Made by a program: the position numbers and the translations under genes. 64,000 nucleotides of DNA from the NCBI GenBank assembly GCA_002633005.1, contig NMRA01000121.1:568501-632500 (forward strand), in the 5' to 3' direction. Source of the DNA: Phoronis australis. Taxonomy: Eukaryota > Animalia > Phoronida. Every line of letters starts with the position of its first letter. Within the stretch, counting starts at the first letter, position 1. Under the pieces are notes generated by a model, which was given only the letters and a program-made list of their open reading frames with translations, did no database searches and was not told the origin of the DNA. This document shows positions 1 through 10,841 of this stretch, in pieces.

Positions 1-366
1 TACAGAAAGCGAATGGAAGTATTGTAGCCCCTATATGGCCAACCGAGGGGCTACGTGTTGCCTACTAGATGGCTCCGCGTTGGTTTGAATGCGCTAAATC
101 TCCCCTTACTCCCAGCTCTCCTAATGTTGTTTATCCATTTTTCACGAAGTTCTTGGTTTGCAGGGAACACATAATAACTCAGATTTTTATCTCTCTTGTT
201 GTTTTTGAAGCCGCCAGGAACACAACAAGAGTATCCGCCGTAAGTTTTCTTCGCGCTCATACCGCGTAGTATGCTTGATACTATGGCCGCTTTCGGAATC
301 CTGACCACAGCACCCACAATGCACCATTTTAACCTAACTTCAATATGGCGTCGCTGCAAATCCGCT
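1..366 (-). mobile_element. End of a DNA transposon carrying a degenerate THAP domain (copy A only)
   Basis: Minus-strand translation MSAKKTYGGYSCCVPGGFKNNKRDKNLSYYVFPANQELREKWINNIRR...FKPTRSHLV fits the THAP pattern (C-x-VPxC, FP, KW), with the second Cys lost and a stop before the final C/H. The sequence is absent at the matching positions in copies B (about 31130) and C (about 61720). Confidence 0.65.
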
Positions 367-430
367 ATTATAACTCCGTGTTCCTATGTGTATGGTTCAT
401 TTGATTTTATTTGCTGTATTTTGAAATGAG

Positions 431-1353
431 CCGCCACTTTTTAAAACTATTGGCCCCTCTTCACAAAGGCGACCTTTTGCTGTTACACTGGCAAAATCTG
501 TCCACCTGCCCGCAAATAAATGAATGCTTTTATTTCCTTCCACCACAAGGACTTTAAGAAATTGTCATTCGTAACTAAGGTGGTAGACAGAACTCGTCGA
601 CATAAGAAACTTTGGTCTTACCCCTTTTCTGTGGAGCATTAGCCATGACTCCAAGGCAATAAAACACTTGCTAAAATAAATCAAGCCATCGTGGACGAAA
701 ACGGGTGCTTTTTCTACCAAATTGGCTTCCGAAATTGAATTCTCCGTGAAAAAAAGGTTATTGTCGTTTGTTCCACAATAAATTCGATAAATACTAGCCA
801 AAACACGATGCTATTTTTTCCGTTGTGCTTACAGGGTACCAATGGAAGTGTGTGAACTGTAATGCCAGACACACTATTGGGTGTGATCTGTGAGCGCCAA
901 TAAAAGATTGCAAGAATGCTTAAACATTAAAAACGTGTGCTGATCCTGGAAACTCCTTCGTCCGGGGTTCAAACTCTACGGGGTACATTTTTGACTATAC
1001 CAAGAAACTATTCAGGTTAAAAACAATGGGAAGCACATAGGAACACATTTGTAAATTGGAGCTGCAACATTTGATAGAATATAATTCAAACAATCGGAGA
1101 ACGAAGGCATTAAGTGCATGAAAATTTTCGTCGGTTGATATACCATGCAAACTCATGAAATATGACGTCGCTTTCGTAAAATGTAACAATGGTACATTTC
1201 TCGCATGAGCATTCGCCGTAAATTGTAACAATTACATAAAATGTAACAACTTGTTGCATTTTAAGGAGAGTCTTAGCAACGTCAAATGTAACACTGACGT
1301 AAAATGTAACAGTTGTTACATTTGACGAAATTGTTACATTTTACGGCGTATCA
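431..1353. mobile_element. Right part of the TG...CA terminal-inverted-repeat element in intron 6 of copy A
   Basis: Homologous to 31132-32051; ends in the TGTAACA/TGTTACA subrepeat array and ...CGGCGTATCA. Confidence 0.7.
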
Positions 1354-2411
1354 TTAGCACAGATGTCGTTCACCTCTGAGGGGAAATTTGAGGCTACGAT
1401 TTCCGAGTGATACACGAGTTCGGCTCAAAGTCGAGGCTTTAAGGTTTTATATATCCCAGAATATCTGCATTAGTTAATGGCGAAATAGCGTGCTGTTTAT
1501 CTTGTATCTCAAATAGATCATACATTCGTTGTTTAATGTATCGGATTTTACTTCAATTCTCTTTTTAGTGATCAGCCAAAGGAAAATGATTTGTAGAATC
1601 TAAACTTTAAAAACTAAACAGTTTTGAGCCAACAATTGCTTAAAACCTTGTCCTCAGAGGTAAAGGCATTCATGCAAACATCCTGACAATTAAAGCGTAA
1701 AGACTCCAAAAACATTATACATCATCTCCATTATCAGTTTTATACAAGTCTTCATAGCACAAATTCTTGAAACCGTCGTGTGGCCGGTAGAACGACTCAC
1801 TCACGTCTCGTCGGATGTGACATAATTCTCTGTTAGCCAGATCGAAAAGTTAGCCTATTAAATGGGCTCAACAGTGTCGGCGGCCGAATTCTTTTAGGGG
1901 GTGACGAATAGTATTGAATCAGCTTTCCGCCAAAGCACCGCAGTTTTGATGTAGACCACTTACACAGTACCGCAATATAACAGGTTTTTGTACTCGTATG
2001 AAAAACGGTTTCAGGTCTTGGAAAGAACTAAGTTCACCTTGAGAACATGTTCGGTGCGCAAAACGACCCTCCGTGAAAAGCCAACTTGTTTAGCGTGGTC
2101 TCAAGCAATAGCAAGCTGTTAGTTTATTCTAAGACCGGAAACCGCCTTCAGTTTGAGTGAGAAACAAAATGGCACCAATTTCCGATTATTGTAGTGGTTT
2201 AAATTTGAAGGTTATTTTTCACGAGAGGTGGTTTTATTGCAACCTTAATGAACTCCATCGACAGATCATCGACAGACCTGATCAGTATTAAATATTAGTT
2301 TTGTACGCATATTCCAAGTAAACTTTCGTTAGATATTTTTATGGGAATTTGTTCTTGGAAAACATCAGTTGTTATCACGTAGGCAATTTGCCTTCCCCGT
2401 AGCGTATTAGG

Positions 2412-3162
2412 AGTTTATTAGGAGAGGAGTATTTAAATAAAAACATACACATTATCTAACCTAAATGTAAAAATAATTTGTTTTGTCCAATTTTGTGTTC
2501 AGCATAATAGTTTGTGAGTAGATACATGTCCATTATGCATTTCCTTGTAGCATAAAGACCTACTGCATCAAAATACATGAAAATAATAGTTCTCATGAGG
2601 GAGAGGCACTTATATAGCGTTCAATAAAGCATGCCTTTAACATTTCTATACATTCCTTTAAACCAATGCTCAAAAACATTTATTTTTCTGATTTGAAATC
2701 TAAAGCATGACCAAACTGCTAAACGATTGAAAAATACTTTTTCAGCCCATTCATGTGACGGTTTTACGTAAGACTGAATTAAAGTTTATTAGGAGAGGAG
2801 TATTTAAATAAAAACATACACATTATCTAACCTAAATGTAAAAATAATTTGTTTTGTCCAATTTTGTGTTCAGCATAATAGTTTGTGAGTAGATACATAT
2901 CCATTGTGCATTTCCTTGTAGCATAAAGACCTAGTGCATCAAAATACATGAAAATAATAGTTCTCATGAGGGAGAGGCACTTATATAGCGTTCAATAAAG
3001 CATGCCTTTAACATTTCCATGCATTCCTTTAAACAAATGCTCAAAAACATTATTTTTCTGATTTGAAATATAAAGCATGACCAAACTGCTGAACGTTTGA
3101 AAAATAGTTTTCACCCCAATCATGTGACTGTTTAAACGTAAAACTGAAGTAAAGTTTATTAG
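2412..3162. repeat. About 370-bp direct tandem duplication (copy A only)
   Basis: Unit starts at 2412 and again at 2783; AGTTTATTAG occurs at 2412, 2783 and 3153; single copy in B (33119-33498). Confidence 0.9.
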
Positions 3163-3511
3163 AAACAAATAGAATACATTTGAAAAATATAAAAATGGGA
3201 CAGAACAATTCAATTAACATGTCTTATTCACACTGACTAACGAAACGAATGTTGTTGATCTTTGATGTTCTGTTCCATTTCCTTAAGTGACATTTTCCGC
3301 ATCAAGCTCAAATCAAGAAAAAAACTCCAAGATAAACAGGTCTTGTTTTACTATGTATAGTGATGTAATTTGAAATGCCAGTGATGTTCAGTAAGACTTT
3401 TGAGTTTGAAGATTGGATACCGTAAGCCATGGGCTATAGTTTTGAATTGTTGATGATTCGATGCAGAGTTTGCTTAAAATCAAGAACCTGAATAACGTTC
3501 ATTTATTACAG

Positions 3512-3632
3512 CAAGTGGCGCAGATATAAGCTTGATGTTCTCCTTCTTTGCGTTGGCTGCAAGAGCTACTTCCGGCTGCTCTGTGTCATTAACGATGGTT
3601 GTAATAGCGGAAACATTGCCTACTTGCATTCG
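3512..3632 (+). CDS. SLC22 copy A exon 7 (TM10, E-x-x-PT motif)
   Basis: ttacag|CA AGT GGC...ATT CG|gtgagt; 121 nt, phase 1 to 2; not in the ORF track. Confidence 0.88.
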
Positions 3633-6601
3633 GTGAGTCCAGTTCTTCTATTCCTTTACGCATTCAGTCTGACGGTCAGCGGTTAACTGCGAAAGTAGAG
3701 GACAAACAAGTCGGTAAACTTCCGAGTAAGGAAACCAATACAATCAGATTCATGGCTTCATTTTATTTTACACGAAATCGACTGCTTACTGATGGTCAAA
3801 AATTAAACCGTGAGCCTTGCGTCTACGGAACGCGCCTGCCCGGATTCTTTGGTCTCTGATTCCAATGTATACGAACACACGATTGAAACTTCAAATTTCA
3901 GATTCACATGTAATTTTTATCAATTGCAAGCTAATCTTGTACGAATTGAATGCTTCAGTGAAGTTCCATGAATTCTGAAATTCCTGTAACTGATTTTTGC
4001 CAATCTGAAATTGAAGTGATGGTGGATTTGACCTAGCACGAACTTAAAAATTAGTGTGTATGTAAACAATGATATATTGAATGATCGACGTTTGACCTAG
4101 GTTTATGAAATACGGAAAACTCTGTATCATTTGCTATTAATTTGATCATTTGGTTGAGTGTTTTTAGTAAAGTTTAATAAAACAAAAAGGTACATGCATA
4201 TAGCAATGGTATCAATACAATGACCAAAGTTTGTTTGATGTAAATACACGAGATGAAATCACAAAAATGCTGATTTATTTTTTTAAATTATCATTTCGTT
4301 TTATTCGACTCTTGATTTTTTTAGTAAATATCATAAAAGACCTTTTTTATAGACCCTTATGCAAAAGTGGAGACTTCTAAAAAACAATTTCTAGCAACGT
4401 TTTGGAGAACTGTGCATAAAGTACGGTATGATGTTCCAAATTTTACAAAATTTGGCCACTTTTCGAGGGTCCTATGCAACGGTATGTATAAATTATTTTG
4501 TCCTCTCTGCTATTTGCGCAATTTCGCACTCGCATAAAACTGAATATTTCGTTTGCTTACAACCCCTACGGGATTTTCTTTTAAGGTTTTTAGGTCGCAA
4601 ACAGACGATTTCTATTGCGAAATGTCTCATGAGCATAAAACATAATTTTCAAATTCCCTGTGTAAAGGTTCACGTCTGTGTAGGCTATATCAGGGTCCGT
4701 GAAAAATCTTGTGTTTAGAAAATCATGGTCACAAGTCGTCAATTGTCCGAGTACTTTTTCGTACCCATAATAAGTTTTTGTGATCGTGCAGAATTTGAAA
4801 GTACATGGTGTTAAAAGTTGTAGGATTGTATTATTAGAAATGTGGACTCGGTAACGAAAGCCAATCATAAACACAATCTCTCAATGTTTATTAAAAGTAA
4901 ACTAAGTAAAGTAAACTTTTAATACACCGTCAATGACCCATAGGTCAAACAATGTTTTATTAATAGACTGATTACAATTATTTCAGATCCAGCGGTGTCG
5001 GATGCTGCATGGTGTGGATGCGTGTCGGTTCGATGGTTGCTCCTCAATTTTTATTTTTGGTATGTTGATCGACGTAATCTCCCCTTAAAACGACAATAAG
5101 ATAAGTTAGATAACTGAACGTTACTTAATCGCATACGTTATGCAAACCGTTCCAAACAAAGATAGAAAATGCTGTCCAGTCCCAAACAAGATTAGGGCAT
5201 TGGCAATACATTGATTGGGTTGGTCGCCCACTCAAATACTGGACCAACGTCAAGCTAAGGTGATCTCTCAATTCCTTTTGACGACTGCCATCAACCGTTG
5301 TCAACCGTTATCAGTTTGCTTGGCTTAACCAGGTGATTTTACGGTGTAAGACTACGTGGGGAACATAAACGTGGTAATTATTTTGATCACGTTTAGATGT
5401 CTTAGAGTTTGACAACTTTGCTGTCTATTTCGTGACCGAAGTTCAAAACAGACCTAATATAATTGAGAACTACAAAGTGTTTCAGATGTACTTGCTTCGT
5501 CACTTGTGGGAGATAGCGTCATGAAACGTCACAAGTACGCATTTGCTGGTTTATCGAAACCAGTAAATTTTAGTTACCGATCGGTGTTTGAAAAGTATAG
5601 CGAATTGACGTGAGAAAATAAAATCCAGTTGATCACACAAGAAAAGAATTCTGCTAAGGTTATGTAAAATGTTGTAAATAAAATATGAATATCTGCTTTT
5701 ACACTGTGCTCCTATATTCCCCCAATCTCATCTACAGCAATGTTATTCCACTGAGTTTTGCCATCACCCATCGATTTACAAACCCAGTACTGGAGATTGG
5801 CATTTGATGTAACATCTATGATAGGCAACATTTCCTAACAGTATAGTTTTCTATTCTCTCATATGAATGTCATTTAGCAACACGTCTTGAGTGACTTTTA
5901 GTGTGTCAACTTGGTATTTAAAGCCAAGTGACTGATACTAATTTAGTTAATTAGATTAGTTACCTGTCCGACACACCGTTGTCGCCCAAGATCAAAACGG
6001 GTCAACGCGTGAGAAAAGAAGTTGGGTTGATGAGGTGGTGACTGTTTTTTCGTGACCCGTTAAATGTTTTTGGCGTGCGTGAACGTGAAACTCGCTTCAC
6101 TGTGAACGTGGTTTTTGTATTTTAGTGTGTTGTGAACCGCCACGAAGTAAGTCCGTATCCAAGAACGGAATTGGAAATTGGGATCGAGGCAACCCGCAGC
6201 AGAAATTTGCGGAGTCTTGGGAGGCTGTGCGGCGCCCGGGGAAAGAACAAAAATTTGCTATGGTCGTGAAATCGCCACCTACTAGCGTGGGCAGTGACCT
6301 ATCCTACTTTAATCCAGTCTTTAATGGTTGAATGAATCATGTGCTTATCAACTATCGTTTGTCCCAACAGAGTGAGCTGACGTTTGCACAGTTACCATTC
6401 TTGCTGTTTGGAGGCCTGACATGCATCGCTAGCGCATTGGTGCTGATACTTCCCGACCTATCACAGCGACACCTACCGGACACTATCGAAGATGTGGAAA
6501 ATGAGACGGACCCTGGATTTTGTCATAAAATGCAGCAAAAAAGGTTGAAGAATGTCATAGGAGAGACGGTTGTAAACGAGGAAACCAGTGGCTTCCAATA
6601 G
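3512..6601 (+). CDS. SLC22-family transporter, copy A (3' part: coding exons 7-9; 5' exons lie upstream of the window)
   Basis: Exons 3512-3632, 4987-5059 and 6371-6601 have AG/GT boundaries and compatible phases. Translation: ASGADISLMFSFFALAARATSGCSVSLTMVVIAETLPTCIR/SSGVGCCMVWMRVGSMVAPQFLFL/SELTFAQLPFLLFGG...LPDTIEDVE...*, matching SLC22 TM10-TM12 motifs. Confidence 0.9.
4987..5059 (+). CDS. SLC22 copy A exon 8 (TM11)
   Basis: tttcag|A TCC AGC GGT...TTT TTG|gtatg; (R)SSGVGCCMVWMRVGSMVAPQFLFL. Confidence 0.88.
6371..6601 (+). CDS. SLC22 copy A exon 9 (TM12 and C-terminal tail)
   Basis: caacag|AGT GAG...CAA TAG; lies within ORF 6332-6601; LP...LPDTIEDVE motif. Confidence 0.9.
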   Translation, partial: SELTFAQLPFLLFGGLTCIASALVLILPDLSQRHLPDTIEDVENETDPGFCHKMQQKRLKNVIGETVVNEETSGFQ

Positions 6602-7240
6602 GGAGTCTGGAGTCGTACTTTAGAGTACCTCGATGTGAACACTATTTAAAATGAGTAGCAATGTTGAATGCGATGGTGCACATGCCTAGAAGCGTAGCTC
6701 GTCCATTAATAATCACGTGACTGCTGTCATTTACATTTTAAAATTATCATTTTATTTTGAACGTGAACTCGTGAACTAACTTCCTCAACTACTAGCGATT
6801 TCGTGCTTTACACACGACACAAAGGAATTTCCATCTGTTATCTCTTAACATTTTCACAGCAAATCACGAAATTTCCTTTTGAAACAGGCTAAGTCGCAAT
6901 TGTTCATTTTGATGACTCTTGAGGTCTTCACTTTTGTTCTTGAAACTCTTAGGCATCTTTCCGGCAGACGTGGGACATAAAATAATTAACGAATTTTGCG
7001 AATTCACATACGCGGTGAAGAAAAATCTAAATTCATACTGTCAAAAATTTGAAAAGTTTGAAAAGGGTCGCTAAGTACGTGTACTTGCTAATAATTTGAG
7101 TAAAAGAATAGTAAACTCGCAGGTTGTCATTGTTGGTCTAGTTTATTGTCGCACCCTGTAACTGACTGTTTCATTACTTATTGTTGGGCCTAGCAATGTG
7201 GCCACTGTGTTTTTTTTTCTTCTTCTGATGATGTTGTTTC

Positions 7241-7246
7241 AATAAA
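7241..7246 (+). promoter_or_regulatory. Candidate polyadenylation signal of copy A
   Basis: AATAAA about 640 nt after the stop codon, with a GT/T-rich tract downstream; same position in copy B (37457-37462). Confidence 0.45.
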
Positions 7247-7397
7247 CGACATCAAAATATGTCAAGCCGGGTTAAATCCGTTGTTTTTATTAATAAATGT
7301 TTACGAAAATTTGAGAAGAGGTTCCCCCTGTCCTATGATTATGGCGGGGGATGACGGCCACTTTGGCATGTTGATTGCAACCATCTACTCCATTTAA

Positions 7398-9064
7398 AGG
7401 AGAATGCCACCCGATTTAATTAGTCTTTTTTGCCATCTTAATTGGTTTATATCCATATCGCCTCGCATACGGTCGACCTTACCTTGCCAAGAGGTGTCGC
7501 GTTAACCTGTGAGGAAGGTGAGAAACAAAGCTAGCGACGTCAGTGGTTCATATGCAGAGTGAATGCCGCTATATTGCGGAGCATCGTTCCCGCTTGTCCA
7601 AACTAAGCAGCTGCGAGGAAAGCGGGTATATCGTTTTTTGTTACTTCCTCGAAAGTTCGAAATTCTTCGGAAGTGGCTCGTTGTGGTGAAGAATGAAATG
7701 TACGCTGTAAATAGCAAGTATGAGGCCGTGAAACATCTCCGTGTCTGTGGCCTGCAGATGTCGACAGTGCCTGACGAATGCCGGCTCTAGTACCAAATAA
7801 CTCCATACGTTCCGTTGTCTGAGCTTGTTCACGGCGCCTCTCTCGTATTTCTTCGTCACTGTATTCCTGTTTGAAATGACAGCCTGTAAAACTTAACGAT
7901 CCACCTGCAAAGTCGGGACTGGTGAGCTCTAGCTCCTCCTAAGTCGGGATTGCGAGTTGCCATGTTGGCGTTTATTACTGAGCGTTCTGTTTCAAAATGA
8001 ATTATTCTCACTCTAGCCAATACTTATATAAAAATGTGCAATTTGTAATGCCTTTGAAGTGTTCGTGATTGCAAATGATTTGAGAAGCCAGCAATGAATA
8101 AATCACTGCGTTACCGGCTTTAGGTGCAATAAAACTAATTGACGTACACCGAGGCCGTGTGAGCTCATGGTAGTTTAGTGTTTGCTGACAGAAACTATTG
8201 TGAAAGAACTCGATTTCCATCCCACGGCCAGGTGTTAGGGGAATCTTTATTTACATTTACACTACTCAAATAATGATTGTCAATATACAACTTCTGCCGT
8301 GGGCGGTGATGTGGCCAAAGCGGAACCCGAGTGAATTCGCGGCCCCCGACGAGTAAGTACGATTTGCAGTTTCGTGGCTAATTCACCAACATAATCACGT
8401 GCACATTACTTTGGCTCACTAGTATAGTATTTTCTTGACTGGAAGTTTAGTTTCCACTGAACTTTGGCTCTTTTATGTTCGTGATGTCTGATCAGTTTTC
8501 GAGCCACTGGCAGGGAAAACGAGTCAATCCGGCCGACCGCGGCGGGCCTGATCGGGCTCCGAGCCACTGGCCAGGATAACAAGCGTTTTGTGTTTAGAAC
8601 TAAAAAAATCACAAGTCTAAACAACACAGGTCTAGGTTCTCCTGCCTGTATCTCACGGAAAATACTTCGAAATTATCTCTGAACAGACCCCAAACTCCTG
8701 CTACGCCGATCTTATTGGCCTGCCGACTTTGTAGGCTACGGTGTGTCCAAATACCAATAAATCCGTAAGAACGAAATAGAAGAACACGTTTTTATAAGAA
8801 CTCGGTGTATTTTAAAGGGTTTTACATCGAAGTTTGATGATTTATTGGTGTTAAACGATGACTTCAGGCGATAAGCTGACACCAGTAACCCGTGTTGTGA
8901 ACTGCTGAACAGACTGCATGTGAAACCGATGACGTCATTGGATAATTTCAACACCTCCGTCTGCCGTCAGGTGTCAGGTAACGCAACCGTACGTGTCGTT
9001 ATGGAGTAGAATTACTCGATCTAAATTGATACAGATTAGGTTGTTTTTTGGGTGGCATGCTCCT
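7398..9064 (+). mobile_element. Kolobok-type non-autonomous DNA transposon between copies A and B
   Basis: TTAA|AGGAGAATGCCACCC ... GGGTGGCATGCTCCT|TTAA (terminal inverted repeats plus TTAA target duplication). THAP remnant on + from 7563 (LPRKFEILRKWLVVVK...LRVCGL); KolX-like N-terminus on - from 7963 (HFKQEYSDEEIRERRRE). Confidence 0.85.
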
Positions 9065-10451
9065 TTAACCTTCTCAGACAATGCTTCAAATCACACCCAC
9101 TAAAATGCCATGTAATTTATCACCCTTGCGCAAGCAGTGTCGACTTGGGCAAATGAACTACGCCGGGACTGCTCGAAAAACAGGATGGCAGAGAACAAAT
9201 AAAAACACTAACGCCTCCTAAGGCATCCTTGTACGCGGAAAAGGTACATGTACTTCTAAACTAATAGCAACATGACTTTGACGGTTTAATCAGTGTGATG
9301 CATAACTTTCCGAAAAGCATCCGGCCTATGGAGGAACTATGGTATGGTCACCATATCTACTAAGCAAGTTAAGACAGCGGTATTGTCTACGGCCCGGGCA
9401 GCCTAGGGACTGAACAAGTTAAAAAATAACTGCTGACAATACTGAACACACTTGGAAAACACTAAGATGTACGTTTCAACAACACATCTGTTTTTCAAAG
9501 CTAGAAAGTTGTTGCAATTGGTAATAAGGGCAATTTGTGGGCGGTGGGGGTAAAATTAGTGGCTATCGTGATGGGAGTTGATAGCGACCGGAGCGACAGG
9601 GTCGAAATTGGTGGTGAAATTACCCAAAGTCTTCACTCGGGCAAGGTCATAGTCACATGCCCCAAAATATATGCGTATACGCATTATGGTAACCAAAACA
9701 TTGGATTTATGTTTTTATCTTCCTGTTGGAGTTTCTGTAGGCCCACGTGTACTTTTACGTGTATCCGAACTTGTTGGCACACACTTAACGTCTTTGTTGG
9801 TATTAGCAATCGTGTTGGTAGGGGTTCCAGCACTGCTGTACCCGGGAGGCTATGGTATTTTTGTAGGCGTTCTGGCAACGCCAGTTGTGGAAACTTTCCT
9901 TGTAGTGATATATTTGGTCTGATGAAACCTACTAAGGATTTAAACTAGACGCCTTACAACTATTCAAGGTTTGACAAGTTTTTTGTAGAGTAGCCAATAT
10001 TCTGGCCACTCGAACTTCTCAGATTTTCCCATTGACATGATATTTCGAGAACAAAATTCTTTCGCGAACTTCAGAATTGTTTACAAATTCATGCCTATAT
10101 GCGAGCATTTTATATCGTGAGTACAAATATAGTTTCTATATGTAATTCGTGAATAGAATATGTTTGTATGAAAAAATTAGCAGTGGCTGTAAAGATAATA
10201 CGTAACTACGTTCACGGAGAAAGAACGAGTTAACAGAAAACGTGCTTGGATAATGTGATTTGGAAGACGTGATTAGATAATCCGCCACGACTCTAATTCT
10301 GAAGTCCAGGGCAAACATTCAATAAGTATGATATTACTTGAAATGTGAACTATGACCTGTCATCCGTTTTCAGATAATCAAACTGAACGGGTGCTGATGC
10401 TTCCGTATATCTCAACTAGAGCGAGACAAGAGTAAACGAGTTTCACAGATA

Positions 10452-10841
10452 ATGCTTGAAGTAGACGAAATTCTTAGTCAGTTAGGAAAACCAGGAAGAT
10501 ACCATGTTGGAATCACCTTTATCATCCTTCTAAATATGTGGCCGGTTGGCTTTAACCACTCAATTATGGCGTTCTTTGGAGCGCATACGATACATGAATG
10601 TCGTCTGCCGCACGAAGACAACAACGTAACGCAGTGGAACAGGGAACTGTTAGCATATGTTTTCTTAAACCAAACACTTCGCGTCGATGTCGGCTCGCCA
10701 GCTCAGAATCACCAACCTAATGTCTCGCGAGTTGATTCCTGTCATGTGATTGAAAATTCCAGCGATGATTCAGCAAAGATCAGCTGTCCGTTTGGATGGA
10801 AGTATGACGTAGAACCTGGAGAGAATACAATTGTTACCGAG
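10452..10841 (+). CDS. SLC22 copy B exon 1 (TM1 and extracellular loop)
   Basis: ATG at 10452 to GAG|gtaatg; MLEVDEILSQLGKPGRY...CPFGWKY...TIVTE; N-glycosylation sequons NVT, NQT, NVS, NSS; splice acceptor ttttcag ends at 10373. Confidence 0.92.

Noticed and set aside
565-1231. Minus-strand ORFs inside the TG...CA element as a candidate transposase
   Set aside because: Short, interrupted differently in each copy, and no catalytic motif recognised.
1172-1353. TGTAACA/TGTTACA repeat arrays that could be mistaken for a CRISPR array or iterons
   Set aside because: Motifs occur in both orientations with no unique constant-length spacers; they form the inverted arms of a eukaryotic DNA transposon.
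6030-6322. CGTGAA-rich tract in intron 8 resembling a MITE
   Set aside because: No clear termini or target duplication, and no empty site for comparison.
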